NCBI GenBank assembly: GCA_013151745.1
Contig: JAADHS010000202.1
Coordinates: 818 to 64,817 of the forward strand
Reading direction: 5' to 3'
Length of the DNA stretch: 64,000 nt
Source of the DNA: Gammaproteobacteria bacterium
Lineage (GTDB): Bacteria > Pseudomonadota > Gammaproteobacteria > JAADHS01
The stretch's first letter is position 1. The number at the start of each line of letters is the position of its first letter. Below are positions 10,669 through 21,695 of the stretch, one piece after another. Made by a program: the position numbers and the translations under genes. Under the pieces are notes generated by a model. The model was given only the letters and a program-made list of their open reading frames with translations. It ran no database searches and was not told the DNA's origin.

Positions 10669-10912
10669 CGCGTAACGACCTCAGGTGATGTGTTAAAAAT
10701 CTGCACTAATGATCACAAAAAATAATATAGAGCTCATCTCTTATAATTTTTAATTATATACTGAGCGACTTTATCACGTCAAAATGTTTGTTTTTTTGTT
10801 TACCTGGTCTCGTAGACCCATTAGACTCAATATCGACAAGATGAAGGGGGGAGGTTCAGCCCCAATATTCACTAACTACAATATGAAAATAAACCTGGAA
10901 AGAGGAAATAAG

Positions 10913-11044
10913 ATGGCTATGGCAGAGAAAAAAAACCCTACGGATTATAGTTATGTGTCCGATATTATACAGATGTTAATCGTGCTATCTATTGTGATTG
11001 TGGTTGCTCTGTTGGCAGTTGATGCGATTACAGCACATAGTTAA
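10913..11044 (+). CDS. Small single-TM membrane protein (43 aa), unannotated
   Basis: AGAGGAAATAAG-ATG Shine-Dalgarno. Sequence is MAMAEKKNPTDYSYVSDIIQMLIVLSIVIVVALLAVDAITAHS. The longer 86-aa tracked ORF has no Shine-Dalgarno. Confidence 0.4.
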   Translation: MAMAEKKNPTDYSYVSDIIQMLIVLSIVIVVALLAVDAITAHS

Positions 11045-11213
11045 AAAAGGAGAGGGACTGAAAAAACTTGCGTTTTGTAAACAAGCCGATTACCCTAAAA
11101 AATCATTGTAGTTTGTCTCGCTATGTTGGCGATAAAGAACGACATAATCATGGGTATAAGCCGTTAGTGTGACTTAAGTTATTGATTTTATCATCTTGAG
11201 GGAGAGATTGAGA

Positions 11214-11354
11214 ATGAAAAAGAAAAATGCAGCTATGGGTCTTATCGCGTTGTTTTTTGGTATTATTGCTATGCCAGTGGCCGCTTTTGGCAGCTGGATT
11301 GTTGGTTGCCTATTGATGTTTGTTCCTATGTATTTGGTATACAAAGCAGATTAG
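11214..11354 (+). CDS. Small two-helix hydrophobic membrane protein (46 aa); not in the ORF track
   Basis: GAGGGAGAGATTGAGA-ATG Shine-Dalgarno. Sequence is MKKKNAAMGLIALFFGIIAMPVAAFGSWIVGCLLMFVPMYLVYKAD. A strong terminator hairpin follows immediately. Confidence 0.45.
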   Translation: MKKKNAAMGLIALFFGIIAMPVAAFGSWIVGCLLMFVPMYLVYKAD

Positions 11355-11365
11355 TAAGGGTTTAT

Positions 11366-11398
11366 AAGGGTTTACACGACGTAAACCCTTTTGTTTAT
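11366..11398 (+). terminator. Rho-independent terminator between convergent genes
   Basis: aagggtttac-acgac-gtaaaccctt is a 10-bp perfect stem followed by TTGTTTATT. Confidence 0.6.
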
Positions 11399-11913
11399 TG
11401 AATAGGGCCAGCAATAGCCATATTTATTGCGGTTCCCGATCCTGCCAAGCTGAATTTTGCTGTTTTCTTTTGTTGCTTTGAATCGATGTATTCTATCGTA
11501 ATTTGGTTTCCTGTTATCCACGGGTTAAGTGCATCTTGAGAGGTGAGTTGGGTATCTGTTGATTGCCAGATTCTCCATACGGCTTGTCCACTCTCAATGA
11601 AGGCCCAGCGTCGCCCCAGGTTATCTCCTGCCCGCTTTATTACATTAGCATCTTCTAATTTCCCATTATCAATTTGGTATTTAGGCAGTTTATCCGCAAA
11701 TTTGGCGTTGCCTGAAAGATTGAACTCAGCGTAAGCTTCATAGCCAGCGCGAGCAATTTTACGCCAGACATTTAAAGTTTCGCCATTCGCATTACTGACC
11801 GTTGCTATCCATTTAGAGCCTGGCGTCGATGTTTTATCCGAAAATGTCCATTGCTCAGCGAAAGCACTAGACGAAATTAAAATTATAAAAATTAAAGCGG
11901 CTATACGTAACAT
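11395..11913 (-). CDS. Secreted hypothetical protein (signal peptide, Trp-rich), no family recognised
   Basis: 172-aa ORF beginning MLRIAALIFIILISSSAFAEQ..., with no overlap to neighbouring genes. Confidence 0.5.
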   Translation of the reverse strand: MLRIAALIFIILISSSAFAEQWTFSDKTSTPGSKWIATVSNANGETLNVWRKIARAGYEAYAEFNLSGNAKFADKLPKYQIDNGKLEDANVIKRAGDNLGRRWAFIESGQAVWRIWQSTDTQLTSQDALNPWITGNQITIEYIDSKQQKKTAKFSLAGSGTAINMAIAGPIQ

Positions 11914-12021
11914 GAAGACCCTCCTGCCGACGCTGATAAGTTATATACAATCTACATGTATACCCATGATGCGGATATAGTATACGTGATTTTATCAAGG
12001 TGCGTCATCACCACTATGCGG

Positions 12022-12804
12022 TCATCCCCTCTGTCTGACACGCTCAAATAAGCAGATTGCTGCTGTAGCAGCAACGTTAAGTGATTCTATTTTTTCATGC
12101 ATTGGGATTTTAATGTTATGTGTTGCTTGGGATGCTAGAGAGCGACTTAAACCACTGCCTTCGTTGCCAAAAAGAAAGGCTGTACGGTCACTGCTGAGGT
12201 CTAGATCGTAAAGTGAGTTTCTGGCATCAAGTTGTGTTGCAATACTTAAGGGAAAGTCAAAACATATTCGTGCGAGGTCTTGTTGTTCTTCGATCGCCAA
12301 AATAAAATGTGCGCCCATCGCAGCTCGCAGTACTTTGGGAGACCAGGCTTCGGCGCATCCTTTTGAGAGGTAAATAGTATCAACACCTGCCGCAGCAGCA
12401 GTACGAAAAATAGCGCCTAAGTTACCGGGGTCTTGAATGTTTTCCAGTAAGACAGCACAATTGTTTTGTTCTGGCCTAGAAGTTTTGATTTTATATAAGG
12501 CCAAAATGCCTGTCGGTGTTTCAACGGGAGAAACAGCGGTGAACAGTGCGGAGCTGAAAATTAGGATGGGAGTGCGTGGAAAACGGTTCAGGCAGCTTTT
12601 TATTTCAGGTAAATTTTCTTCGTTCTGGCATAAGATAATGAGTTCTATATTACCGTTGGTATCGGCAAGCGCATTAAGCAAATGAATGCCGTCGAGTAAC
12701 GTTATTTTTTGTTTGCGTCTTTCGCGTGCAGAGTGCGCTAGTTTTTTAATTTTTTTATATTGGTTATTATCTACAGAGCGAATGATTTTGTAACTGGGTA
12801 TCAT
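12022..12804 (-). CDS. SpoU/TrmH-family RNA 2'-O-methyltransferase (RlmB-like)
   Basis: SPOUT motifs are present: LENIQDPGNLGAIFRTAAAAGVD, FLFGNEGSGLS and IPMHEKIESLNVAATAAICLFE. Its 4-bp overlap with the upstream gene indicates translational coupling. Confidence 0.75.
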   Translation of the reverse strand: MIPSYKIIRSVDNNQYKKIKKLAHSARERRKQKITLLDGIHLLNALADTNGNIELIILCQNEENLPEIKSCLNRFPRTPILIFSSALFTAVSPVETPTGILALYKIKTSRPEQNNCAVLLENIQDPGNLGAIFRTAAAAGVDTIYLSKGCAEAWSPKVLRAAMGAHFILAIEEQQDLARICFDFPLSIATQLDARNSLYDLDLSSDRTAFLFGNEGSGLSRSLASQATHNIKIPMHEKIESLNVAATAAICLFERVRQRG

Positions 12805-14432
12805 GGTTTTTGGTCATCAGATACGATATCAAGCGCGATTGCTTCAGCGACCGCAATACCATCTATTGCCGCAGAGAGAATACCACCAGCATAACCGGCA
12901 CCTTCTCCCGCAGGATAGAGACCTTGAACATTAATACTTTGGAAACTTTTTTTGTCTCGTTTGATGCGTACCGGAGAGGACGTGCGTGTTTCAACAGCCG
13001 TGAGCAGGGCGTCATGCATGGCAAATCCTTTTATTTTTTTATCGAAAACGGGCAGCGCTTCGCGAATGGCCTCCGTTGCATAGCCGGGTAACAAGCTGCT
13101 GAGATCAGTGAGGTGAATGCCCGGTGTGTAAGAAGGGTGTACCGACCCAAGTTTTGTAGAGACTTTGCCCTGGAGGAAATCCCCCAATAATTGACAGGGA
13201 GCGGCATAGCTTTTCCCGCCTAATTCAAAAGCATGTTGCTCCAGTTGTCGCTGCAAATCAATGCCTGCCAGCGGTTGCTGACTGGGGAAATCTTCGGGCG
13301 TAATGCCGACAACAATACCACTGTTGGCATTTTGTTCGTTGCGAGAATATTGACTCATACCGTTCGTGACGACACACCCTTTTTCAGAGGTCGCAGCAAC
13401 AACCGTACCGCCTGGACACATGCAAAAACTATAAACACTACGACCATTTGTACAATGGTGTATTAATTTATAGTCAGCAGAACCCAAATCAGGGTGTCCG
13501 GCGAATTTGCCAAAGCGACATTGATCAATGAGGGATTGCGGGTGCTCAATACGCAGGCCGATAGAGAAAGGCTTTGCTTCCATATAGACACCCCTGTCAT
13601 GAAGGCGTTGAAAGGTATCGCGAGCACTATGCCCGATAGCCAGGACAACATAATCACTCAAGAGGCGCTCACCATTTTCAAATACAATTCCTGTTATGCG
13701 TTCCTGTTGAATAGAGAAATCTGAAACACGATTTGCAAAACGAAATTCACCGCCAAGCCGTTCTATTTCATCACGAATTTTTTCTAACATACCAACAAGG
13801 CGAAACGTACCGATGTGCGGTTTGCTGATATAGAGAATTTCTTTTGGCGCACCGGCTTTGACAAATTCGTTCAGTACCTTACGGCCCAGGTGTCTGGGGT
13901 CTTTGACTTGGCTGTACAATTTTCCATCCGAAAAGGTGCCGGCTCCTCCTTCACCAAATTGGACGTTGGACTCGGGATGTAGTTGCCCTCGACGCCATAA
14001 AGCCCAAGTATCCTTAGTTCTCTCTCGTACTTTTTTCCCTCGTTCAACCATGATGGGCTTAAAGCCCATTTGTGCAAGAACCAGCCCCGCCATAATACCG
14101 CAGGGACCTGTACCAATAATGATAGGTCGGGTTTCAAGCTTTGCAGGGGCTTGGGCAACGAAATAATAATCACGGTCAGGCGCGACTCGGAGTTGTTTAT
14201 TATTGAAAAATTTTTCTAGTATTTCGTTTTCATTTTTGATGCAGATATCCACAGCATAAATAAATAAAATGTTATTTTTCTTGCGTGCATCAATACTGCG
14301 CTTAACAATCATAAAAGTCGACAACGCACTTTCGTCAAGTTCAAGACGCTCAAGTATCGCTTTTTTGAGAGCGTCAGTTGAGTGTTCAAAAGGGAGTTGA
14401 ATTTCAGTTAATCGCAGCATAGTTATGTTCAA
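12801..14432 (-). CDS. NAD(P)/FAD-dependent oxidoreductase (uncharacterised FAD dehydrogenase, COG2509-like)
   Basis: 543-aa ORF with a Rossmann GxGxxG (IIIGTGPCGIMAG) and the C-terminal domain typical of COG2509 FAD-dependent proteins. Confidence 0.55.
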   Translation of the reverse strand: MNITMLRLTEIQLPFEHSTDALKKAILERLELDESALSTFMIVKRSIDARKKNNILFIYAVDICIKNENEILEKFFNNKQLRVAPDRDYYFVAQAPAKLETRPIIIGTGPCGIMAGLVLAQMGFKPIMVERGKKVRERTKDTWALWRRGQLHPESNVQFGEGGAGTFSDGKLYSQVKDPRHLGRKVLNEFVKAGAPKEILYISKPHIGTFRLVGMLEKIRDEIERLGGEFRFANRVSDFSIQQERITGIVFENGERLLSDYVVLAIGHSARDTFQRLHDRGVYMEAKPFSIGLRIEHPQSLIDQCRFGKFAGHPDLGSADYKLIHHCTNGRSVYSFCMCPGGTVVAATSEKGCVVTNGMSQYSRNEQNANSGIVVGITPEDFPSQQPLAGIDLQRQLEQHAFELGGKSYAAPCQLLGDFLQGKVSTKLGSVHPSYTPGIHLTDLSSLLPGYATEAIREALPVFDKKIKGFAMHDALLTAVETRTSSPVRIKRDKKSFQSINVQGLYPAGEGAGYAGGILSAAIDGIAVAEAIALDIVSDDQKP

Positions 14433-14571
14433 TGGAATGTAGGAGAAAAAAGGTGCAAACGCGATAAACGATCAGAATATCGCTATTTATCATAGGCTGA
14501 AAAGGGTTTGTCGAACGGTGGTTTACTCACCTTGCATGCTATGAAAATATGAATGAGTGATTTCTATTTTT

Positions 14572-15105
14572 TCATCTCTCATCCAGGTATACATTTTTTA
14601 GTTCTATATAATGTTGAGCTGAAAACTCAAGGTATTCCAGTTCTTTCTTTGTTAGGCGGCGTACTTTTTTTGCGGGCTGCCCCATCCAAAGATAGCCCGC
14701 TTCAAGCTCTTTGCCAGGGCTGACGACGCTGCCGGCGGCGATGAGATTTTTTTCATGAATAATCGCACCATCGAGAATCACTGCACCCATGCCAATCAAG
14801 CAATAATCTCTAACAGTGCAAGCGTGGAGCACGGCACGATGTCCAACCGTAACATTATTACCGATATTCAGCTCAAACCCACCGGGATTAAAATGATTAT
14901 CAGCGGTCACGTGTAATACAGAACCATCTTGAATATTGGTGCGAGCGCCAATCGTAATTTTTTGCACGTCACCTCGTGCAACGACAAAAGGCCAGAAGGA
15001 ACTGTCATTACCAATGGTCACATCGCCAATGAGTATAGCCTGATCATCGACATAGACATGATGCCCCAGCGTGGGTGTTAATCCTTTAAACGCACGAGTA
15101 GCCAT
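14572..15105 (-). CDS. Gamma-carbonic-anhydrase-like hexapeptide-repeat protein (YrdA/PaaY family)
   Basis: Left-handed beta-helix repeats with the gamma-CA-like His ligands (HACTV, HVTADN); length 177 aa. Confidence 0.75.
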   Translation of the reverse strand: MATRAFKGLTPTLGHHVYVDDQAILIGDVTIGNDSSFWPFVVARGDVQKITIGARTNIQDGSVLHVTADNHFNPGGFELNIGNNVTVGHRAVLHACTVRDYCLIGMGAVILDGAIIHEKNLIAAGSVVSPGKELEAGYLWMGQPAKKVRRLTKKELEYLEFSAQHYIELKNVYLDER

Positions 15106-15114
15106 GAAATTTCC

Positions 15115-16461
15115 TTATTTTAATGTCACCAGTTCTTCAGAGTTAGTTGGATGAATGGCTACGGTGTTATCAAAGTCCGCTTTTGTTGCACCCATTTTGA
15201 TGGCAACAGCAAAACCTTGCAGCATTTCATCAGCGCCCTCACCCAAAATATGGCAGCCTACAATTTTTTCTTGAGTACCGACCGTGATTAATTTCATCGC
15301 TGTTTTTTGCTTGTGTTCAGAAAGCGCACAAGACATGGGGGTAAAACGAGTTTGATAGATCCGAACCGATTCTCCGTGTATTGTCCGCGCCTCGTCTTCT
15401 GTGAGTCCGATTGTTGCTATTGCGGGATGACTAAACACGACAGTAGGAATGTGATTGTAGTCCAGGCGTGCATTTGTTTTTCCATCAAATAAACGATCCG
15501 CAAGATGACGACCCGCCGCAATGGCAACGGGAGTCAGTGCAGCACGTCCGGTCACATCACCGATCGCATATATTTCGCTTTGATTGGTATTTTGAAATTC
15601 ATCGCAGGTGATAAAACCAAAATTATCGGTATCGATACCTGCCACGGCAAGGTTCAAGGTCTCCGTGTTGGGCGAACGACCTATGGCCCATATTAAACAA
15701 TCGACGTCATAGAGTTGATCTTGCTGAGTACTGTGTAAAGTCAGTTGTTGTTCTTTTTTTGTAAGGCGTGATAGTTGCGTATCAAAAAATATATTGATGC
15801 CATTATTTAACATTGCTTCGGTTAAACCTGTACTCAGTACAGCATCAAAATAAGATAATATTCTGGAACCACGCACAAATAATGTAACATCGCTACCCAA
15901 TGAGCGGAGTAAGCACGCTAATTCAACCGCGATATAACCTGAGCCAATAATAGCGACATTTTTCGGTTGTGCTCGAAGTTCGAAAAAACCATCGGAGGTG
16001 ATTCCGTGCTCAGTACCCGGCATGTCGGGTCTCTGTGGTTTGCCACCCGTCGCAATTATAATATGATCCGCAGTATAGGTTTGTTGATTCACCTTAATCG
16101 TTTTTGGCGAAACAAAGGTAGCGCTGCCCTGAATATGGGTAATCTTCGCATCAGCTAATGAACTACGATATATTTCATTCAATCTTTCAATATAACGTTG
16201 TCTATGGGTGTAGAGAATAGACCAATCAAAGGCGGTATTGCTGAAGCTAAAGCCGTAATCACCTGCATGGTTAAGCATGTGTCCCGTTTGAGCGGCATGC
16301 CACATCACTTTTTTGGGTACGCAACCTACATTAACGCAGGTGCCGCCTAATTTATTATTTTCGATAACCGCACAATGGGCGCCGTACTGTGCAGCGCGCC
16401 GTGCCGCAGCGAGTCCGCCACTGCCACCGCCGATACAGATTAGGTTGTAATGATTTGTCAT
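15115..16461 (-). CDS. gor: Glutathione-disulfide reductase
   Basis: [45 protein letters not shown] is the redox-active disulfide, and the C-terminal HPT motif ([10 protein letters not shown]) is also present. The tracked ORF starts at a TTG 13 codons upstream; the only in-frame ATG gives a ~449-aa protein. Confidence 0.85.
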   Translation of the reverse strand: MTNHYNLICIGGGSGGLAAARRAAQYGAHCAVIENNKLGGTCVNVGCVPKKVMWHAAQTGHMLNHAGDYGFSFSNTAFDWSILYTHRQRYIERLNEIYRSSLADAKITHIQGSATFVSPKTIKVNQQTYTADHIIIATGGKPQRPDMPGTEHGITSDGFFELRAQPKNVAIIGSGYIAVELACLLRSLGSDVTLFVRGSRILSYFDAVLSTGLTEAMLNNGINIFFDTQLSRLTKKEQQLTLHSTQQDQLYDVDCLIWAIGRSPNTETLNLAVAGIDTDNFGFITCDEFQNTNQSEIYAIGDVTGRAALTPVAIAAGRHLADRLFDGKTNARLDYNHIPTVVFSHPAIATIGLTEDEARTIHGESVRIYQTRFTPMSCALSEHKQKTAMKLITVGTQEKIVGCHILGEGADEMLQGFAVAIKMGATKADFDNTVAIHPTNSEELVTLK

Positions 16462-16505
16462 TATACGCTTGATTATGGCATCTGAGCCGTTACTGATCAA
16501 TTCAA

Positions 16506-17486
16506 TTAGTCGAGCTTAGAATGCTGACTCTCTAATAGCTGAATTTGCTCTGCCCAATATTGAGGCTCTGCAAACCAAGGGAAGTGCATGGGAAAAGCGG
16601 GATCCTGCCAGCGTCTGGCCAACCAGGTAGAGTAGTGGATGAATCTTAATGATCGTAGTGGTTCTATCAGCTTCAGTTGGCGATAATCGAAAGGGTGAAA
16701 TTCTTCATAGCCTTCAATAATGAGGTTAAGTGCCATTTGCGGCGTGTCCAAGCCCGTTGTATCTGCGAGCATCCACAGATCTTGTATTACCGGCCCATTA
16801 CGGCAATCATCAAAATCGACAAAATGAGGTCCGTGATCATCCGTCCACAAAATATTTCCAGCGTGACAATCACCGTGCAGGCGAATCCATTCTTTTTGTT
16901 CTGAAAACAAAACAAAAAAAGGTGCCATTTTGTCTAACAATGATTGCGCTGTATCAAGATAATGGCTACGGTATTCCAGAGGGATAACATCATCATTAGA
17001 GAGGTAATCCAGGTTGCGCTGGCCAAAAGTATCCACGTTAATGGTTTCTCTGTGCTTAAATTGCGTTATCGCACCAAGAGCATGAATGCGACCGATAAAT
17101 CGACCGATCCATAATAGATTATCTTCCGTATCCAAACTCGGCCATCGACCGCCCCGTCGAGGGTATAATGCAAAACGAAAATTTTGATATTCAAAAAGAG
17201 TCTGCCCTTTTTCATTTTTCAAAGGCGCAACAACGGGAATATCTATTTCGGCGAGCGCGCAGGTAAAAACGTGCTCTTCCAGGATGGCGTCATCAGACCA
17301 GCGACCAGGGCGATAAAATTTAGCGATGACAGGAGAGGTGTCCTCAATGCCAATTTGGTATACCCTGTTTTCATAACTATTGAGCGCCAGAATTCGACCA
17401 TCACTATGATACCCTGCATTTTCTATTGCCTGTAGCAAGGTGTCCGGGGTCAATCTATCGTAAGGGTGTGCTGTATTCTTGTCCAT
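16506..17486 (-). CDS. srkA: Stress-response serine/threonine kinase SrkA (YihE/RdoA family)
   Basis: The sequence ...[29 protein letters not shown]...[24 protein letters not shown] closely matches E. coli YihE. The start was chosen at MDKNTAHPY (AAGG upstream); the track start 13 codons upstream lacks a Shine-Dalgarno. Confidence 0.75.
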   Translation of the reverse strand: MDKNTAHPYDRLTPDTLLQAIENAGYHSDGRILALNSYENRVYQIGIEDTSPVIAKFYRPGRWSDDAILEEHVFTCALAEIDIPVVAPLKNEKGQTLFEYQNFRFALYPRRGGRWPSLDTEDNLLWIGRFIGRIHALGAITQFKHRETINVDTFGQRNLDYLSNDDVIPLEYRSHYLDTAQSLLDKMAPFFVLFSEQKEWIRLHGDCHAGNILWTDDHGPHFVDFDDCRNGPVIQDLWMLADTTGLDTPQMALNLIIEGYEEFHPFDYRQLKLIEPLRSLRFIHYSTWLARRWQDPAFPMHFPWFAEPQYWAEQIQLLESQHSKLD

Positions 17487-17554
17487 TTGCCTTATGGTGC
17501 TTATTGAAAGAAAGCAGTCTATCATTAATTACTGGATAACTTAGGATCACACCA

Positions 17555-19636
17555 ATGGAAAACCCTACTTTAAATACGGCTGGCTTGCCCGTATTCAGTC
17601 AACTTTTGCCAGAACAGGCAGAGCCTGCCATTACCACTTTACTGGATGACAACAGAAAAAAACTAGATTCATTGCTAAGAGAGAATAAAGTCTATACTTG
17701 GTCTAATTTATTGGCCCCTTTGGAGGCGATGGAAGATAGGTTAAGCCGTGCCTGGTCGCCAATCAGTCATATGAATTCCGTCGTCAATTCCGAGGCGCTA
17801 CGAGAGGCCTATAATGCCTGCCTGCCTAAGCTCAGTGCTTACGCAACGGAAATGGGACAAAACGAAGCCTTGTGTCAAGCATTTAAGTCAATAGCAGCCA
17901 GTGCGGATTATGCTGATTATAGCCGTACCCAGAAAAAAATCATTGAAAATGGCTTGAGAGATTTTCGTCTATCCGGTATTGATTTGCCGGAAACGGATAA
18001 AAAAAAGTATAAAAAAATAGTACAAGAACTGTCAGCCCTGAACAGCAAGTTCAGCGAAAATGTTTTGGATGCCACTGAGGCTTGGGAAAAATGGATCGTT
18101 GATAAAGAAAATCTGGCTGGTTTACCTGAGACGGCACTAACAATCGCCAAGCAACATGCTGCAGAGAAAAATTCAGGTTCAAACGCTCAATCCAGAGATC
18201 CCGCCTGGTTACTGACACTGGATTATCCCTGTTACTTTGCTGTTATGAGCTATGCCGATAACCGAAAGTTAAGAGAGGAAATGTATCGCGCTTTTGTTAC
18301 CCGAGCTTCCGACGAAGGGGATCGTCGTTGGGATAATACGCCTGTTATGGAAAAAATTGTTGCACTACGTTACCAACTGGCCGTCTTATTGGGATATGAA
18401 AATTATGCAGAGTATTCACTAGCGACAAAAATGGCAGCATCAACTGAGCAGGTTTTGGCCTTTTTAACCGACTTGGCGCAACGCTCCAAACCGTTAGCAA
18501 AAAAAGAACTTGATGAGTTGCGACGTTATGCTGAAACACAACATAATCTGCAAGAAGTGGAAGCTTGGGACATGCTGTATTACAGCGAAAAGCTGCGTCA
18601 GGATCACTATGCAATCAGCCAAGAAGAACTCAAACCTTATTTCCCTGCTGATAAAGTGCTTAATGGTATGTTTGCTTTACTCAAGCGTTTATATGATCTT
18701 ACTGTCGTTGAGCTTCAGGGTATCGACGTATGGCACAAAGACGTTCGTTTTTTTGAAATCAGAGAACGAGATGGCGATGTTCGAGGGCAATTTTATTTAG
18801 ACCTCTATGCGCGCTCACAAAAACGAGGGGGCGCCTGGATGGACGATTGTATCGCACGACGTAAAGTCGGTGAGCATGTGCAGCTACCCGTGGCTTATTT
18901 AGTATGTAATTTTTCACCACCAGCAGGCCAGGATCCGGCGCTGTTTACTCACGATGAAGTCTTAACTCTATTTCATGAGTTTGGCCATGGCTTACATCAT
19001 ATGTTAACCCAGGTCGATGAGTTCAGTGTTTCAGGTATCAGCGGTGTCCCCTGGGACGCAGTCGAGCTGCCCAGTCAGTTTATGGAAAATTGGTGCTGGG
19101 AAAAAGAAGTCATAAAAGAAATTTCTGGTCATTACAAGACAGGGGAACCCTTACCCGATGATTTATACCAAAAACTTCTGTCAGTCAAAAATTTTCAGTC
19201 TGGTATGCAAATGTTAAGGCAGCTTGAGTTTTCATTATTTGATTTTCGTATGCACATGAGCTTGATGCCTGGACAAGACATTGCAATCTATGACGTGTTG
19301 GAATCCGTGCGTCAGGATGTGTCTGTCATTCGCCCCCCTTCGTTTAATCGATTTCCTCATAGTTTTTCCCATATTTTTGCAGGCGGGTATGCTGCGGGTT
19401 ATTACAGCTATAAATGGGCAGAAGTTTTGTCAGCAGACGTTTTTTCACAATTTGAAGAAAATGGAATTTTTGATAAAGAGACCGGTCTGCGGTTTTTATC
19501 GACCTTGCTTGAGCAGGGCGGCTCACGAGACCCCATGGAGTTATTTGTAGAATTTCGTGGCAGGGAACCACAAATAGATGCATTATTACGCCATAGTGGT
19601 GTTGTCTCTGGAGACTCAACATCGGCCTGTGGATAA
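17555..19636 (+). CDS. prlC: Oligopeptidase A (M3 family zinc metallopeptidase)
   Basis: 693-aa ORF with the HEFGHGLHHMLT zinc motif. The N-terminus MENPTLNTAGLPVFS resembles E. coli OpdA MTNPLLTPFELPPFS. Confidence 0.9.
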   Translation: MENPTLNTAGLPVFSQLLPEQAEPAITTLLDDNRKKLDSLLRENKVYTWSNLLAPLEAMEDRLSRAWSPISHMNSVVNSEALREAYNACLPKLSAYATEMGQNEALCQAFKSIAASADYADYSRTQKKIIENGLRDFRLSGIDLPETDKKKYKKIVQELSALNSKFSENVLDATEAWEKWIVDKENLAGLPETALTIAKQHAAEKNSGSNAQSRDPAWLLTLDYPCYFAVMSYADNRKLREEMYRAFVTRASDEGDRRWDNTPVMEKIVALRYQLAVLLGYENYAEYSLATKMAASTEQVLAFLTDLAQRSKPLAKKELDELRRYAETQHNLQEVEAWDMLYYSEKLRQDHYAISQEELKPYFPADKVLNGMFALLKRLYDLTVVELQGIDVWHKDVRFFEIRERDGDVRGQFYLDLYARSQKRGGAWMDDCIARRKVGEHVQLPVAYLVCNFSPPAGQDPALFTHDEVLTLFHEFGHGLHHMLTQVDEFSVSGISGVPWDAVELPSQFMENWCWEKEVIKEISGHYKTGEPLPDDLYQKLLSVKNFQSGMQMLRQLEFSLFDFRMHMSLMPGQDIAIYDVLESVRQDVSVIRPPSFNRFPHSFSHIFAGGYAAGYYSYKWAEVLSADVFSQFEENGIFDKETGLRFLSTLLEQGGSRDPMELFVEFRGREPQIDALLRHSGVVSGDSTSACG

Positions 19637-19873
19637 CTTTGTGGATTAAAAGCTATGAAAATAATGTCGCTTTTTGCTGACATTACACAGGCCCGTCGCT
19701 TTGAATGTTAAAATTCATTAATAAACAATCATTTATGGTAGAAACCTTTCTAAGTTTTTACGATTGTTTTCTAAGGCTCTGCATTCCAGAGCAAACCGCT
19801 TGGTTGTGCATAACTATTCGTTTTGTCAATTGTTAAAAACATTTTTTAGCTCTATTGAAGAGGGTATAAGCTT

Positions 19874-21349
19874 GTGAAATATCGAGATCTTCGAGATTTT
19901 GTCTCTGGCTTGGAAACACGAGGGGAATTAAAACGAATTAACAAAGAAATAGATCCCAACCTGGAAATGACCGAAATTTGCGACCGGGTATTGCGCCGTG
20001 GCGGCCCTGCTTTGTTGTTCCAAAATGTGAAAGGAAGCCCGTTTCCTGTATTAGCTAATTTATTTGGTACACCCGCTCGAGTTGCGTTGGGGATGGGTCA
20101 GGAATCGGTATCGGCATTAAGAGAGGTAGGGCGATTACTGGCTTTTCTCAAAGAGCCCGAGCCCCCTCGTGGAATGAAAGATGCTTGGGAAAAACTTCCC
20201 ATATTTAAGCAAGTATTAAATATGGCACCCAAAACAGTTCATTCTGCCCCCTGTCATGAGCATATTCTTCAGGGCGAGCAAGTTGATCTGTCACAGCTAC
20301 CTATTCAAACCTGCTGGCCGGGCGATGCAGGGCCGCTTATAACTTGGGGGCTGGTTGTTACCAAGGGTCCACTTAAAGAGCGCCAGAATATTGGAATTTA
20401 TCGCCAACAAGTGATTGCTCGTAACAAGGTTATTATGCGATGGTTATCTCATCGTGGCGGCGCTTTGGATTACCTGGAGTGGCAACAAGCGCATCCGGAC
20501 GAACCCTTTCCAATCTCTGTGACTTTAGGCGCTGATCCGGCCACTATTCTAGCCGCCGTGACGCCCGTACCGGATACTTTATCTGAGTATGCTTTTGCTG
20601 GCTTGTTAAGAGGATCCAAAACAGAACTGGTAAAATGTCGTTCAAACGACTTGTTGGTACCCGCGAGCGCAGAATTTGTTTTGGAAGGTTATTTACAACC
20701 GGGAGAGGAAGCGTTAGAAGGACCTTTCGGTGATCATACAGGCTATTACAATGAAGTTGAAAAATTTCCTGTTTTTACCATTACCACCATAACGCATCGC
20801 AGCGATCCTATTTATCATAGTACTTACACCGGTAGACCACCCGATGAACCCGCGATATTGGGTGTGGCCTTAAATGAAGTGTTTGTCCCTATTTTACAAA
20901 AACAGTATCCTGAAATTATCGATTTTTATTTACCACCAGAAGGTTGTTCTTATCGCCTTGCGATTGTCAGTATTAAAAAACAGTACCCGGGTCACGCTAA
21001 AAGAGTCATGATGGGGGTCTGGTCTTTTTTGCGCCAATTTATGTATACCAAATTTGTGATCGTGACCGATGATGATATCAACGTCCGCGACTGGAAGGAT
21101 GTCATCTGGGCGATGACAACCAGAATGGATCCCGTTCGTGATACGACAACAATTGAAAACACCCCAATAGATTATTTAGATTTTGCTTCGCCTGTTTCTA
21201 ACCTGGGCTCAAAGATGGGCTGGGATGCGACAAACAAATGGCCGGGTGAAACCTCACGAGAGTGGGGTCGGCCTATCGCTATGGATCAAAGTGTTAAAGA
21301 AAGAGTTGATGAAATATGGCCTGAACTGGGGCTGGATGATGAGCCCTAG
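19874..21349 (+). CDS. ubiD: UbiD-family decarboxylase (4-hydroxy-3-polyprenylbenzoate decarboxylase)
   Basis: GTG start with an AGAGGG Shine-Dalgarno. The sequence [65 protein letters not shown] is conserved along the UbiD family. The stop TAG lies inside the terminal inverted repeat of the adjacent MITE. Confidence 0.9.
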   Translation: MKYRDLRDFVSGLETRGELKRINKEIDPNLEMTEICDRVLRRGGPALLFQNVKGSPFPVLANLFGTPARVALGMGQESVSALREVGRLLAFLKEPEPPRGMKDAWEKLPIFKQVLNMAPKTVHSAPCHEHILQGEQVDLSQLPIQTCWPGDAGPLITWGLVVTKGPLKERQNIGIYRQQVIARNKVIMRWLSHRGGALDYLEWQQAHPDEPFPISVTLGADPATILAAVTPVPDTLSEYAFAGLLRGSKTELVKCRSNDLLVPASAEFVLEGYLQPGEEALEGPFGDHTGYYNEVEKFPVFTITTITHRSDPIYHSTYTGRPPDEPAILGVALNEVFVPILQKQYPEIIDFYLPPEGCSYRLAIVSIKKQYPGHAKRVMMGVWSFLRQFMYTKFVIVTDDDINVRDWKDVIWAMTTRMDPVRDTTTIENTPIDYLDFASPVSNLGSKMGWDATNKWPGETSREWGRPIAMDQSVKERVDEIWPELGLDDEP

Positions 21350-21495
21350 GAGCCTGTCGGACTTGGGGTGAATCTGCTGTGCGGAAAAGCCATTTTTTCA
21401 GATTTTTATGCTCTTTTTACGGGTGCAAAATGGCTTTCACCCGCAGAGGGGGTACCGAGCCTCGCGACGATCACCTAAATCCGACAGGCTCCTAG
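21346..21495. mobile_element. MITE copy 1 (150 bp) of a CTAG-terminated family; perfect 15-bp terminal inverted repeats
   Basis: ctaggagcctgtcgg ... ccgacaggctcctag, with an internal inverted repeat gaaaagccatttt/aaaatggctttc and no ORF. The flanks cTA|...|TAg fit a TA duplication inside a CTAG target. Confidence 0.7.
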
Positions 21496-21695
21496 TACAC
21501 CGTCACGGCCATTTTGACGGTGTACTAGTTCAAATCCTATGCCACGAAAATAATACTTTAGCTGAAAAGCAGTTAAACCTAGATTAAAGTGCACCTTAAA
21601 CAGGACGATAACTCTGGTAAGCATTATTTTTTCATTATTGATCGCCTTTTCTTTCGAAAGGACGATCAGCTTTTAGCGGATTACCGAGGTTTTGC

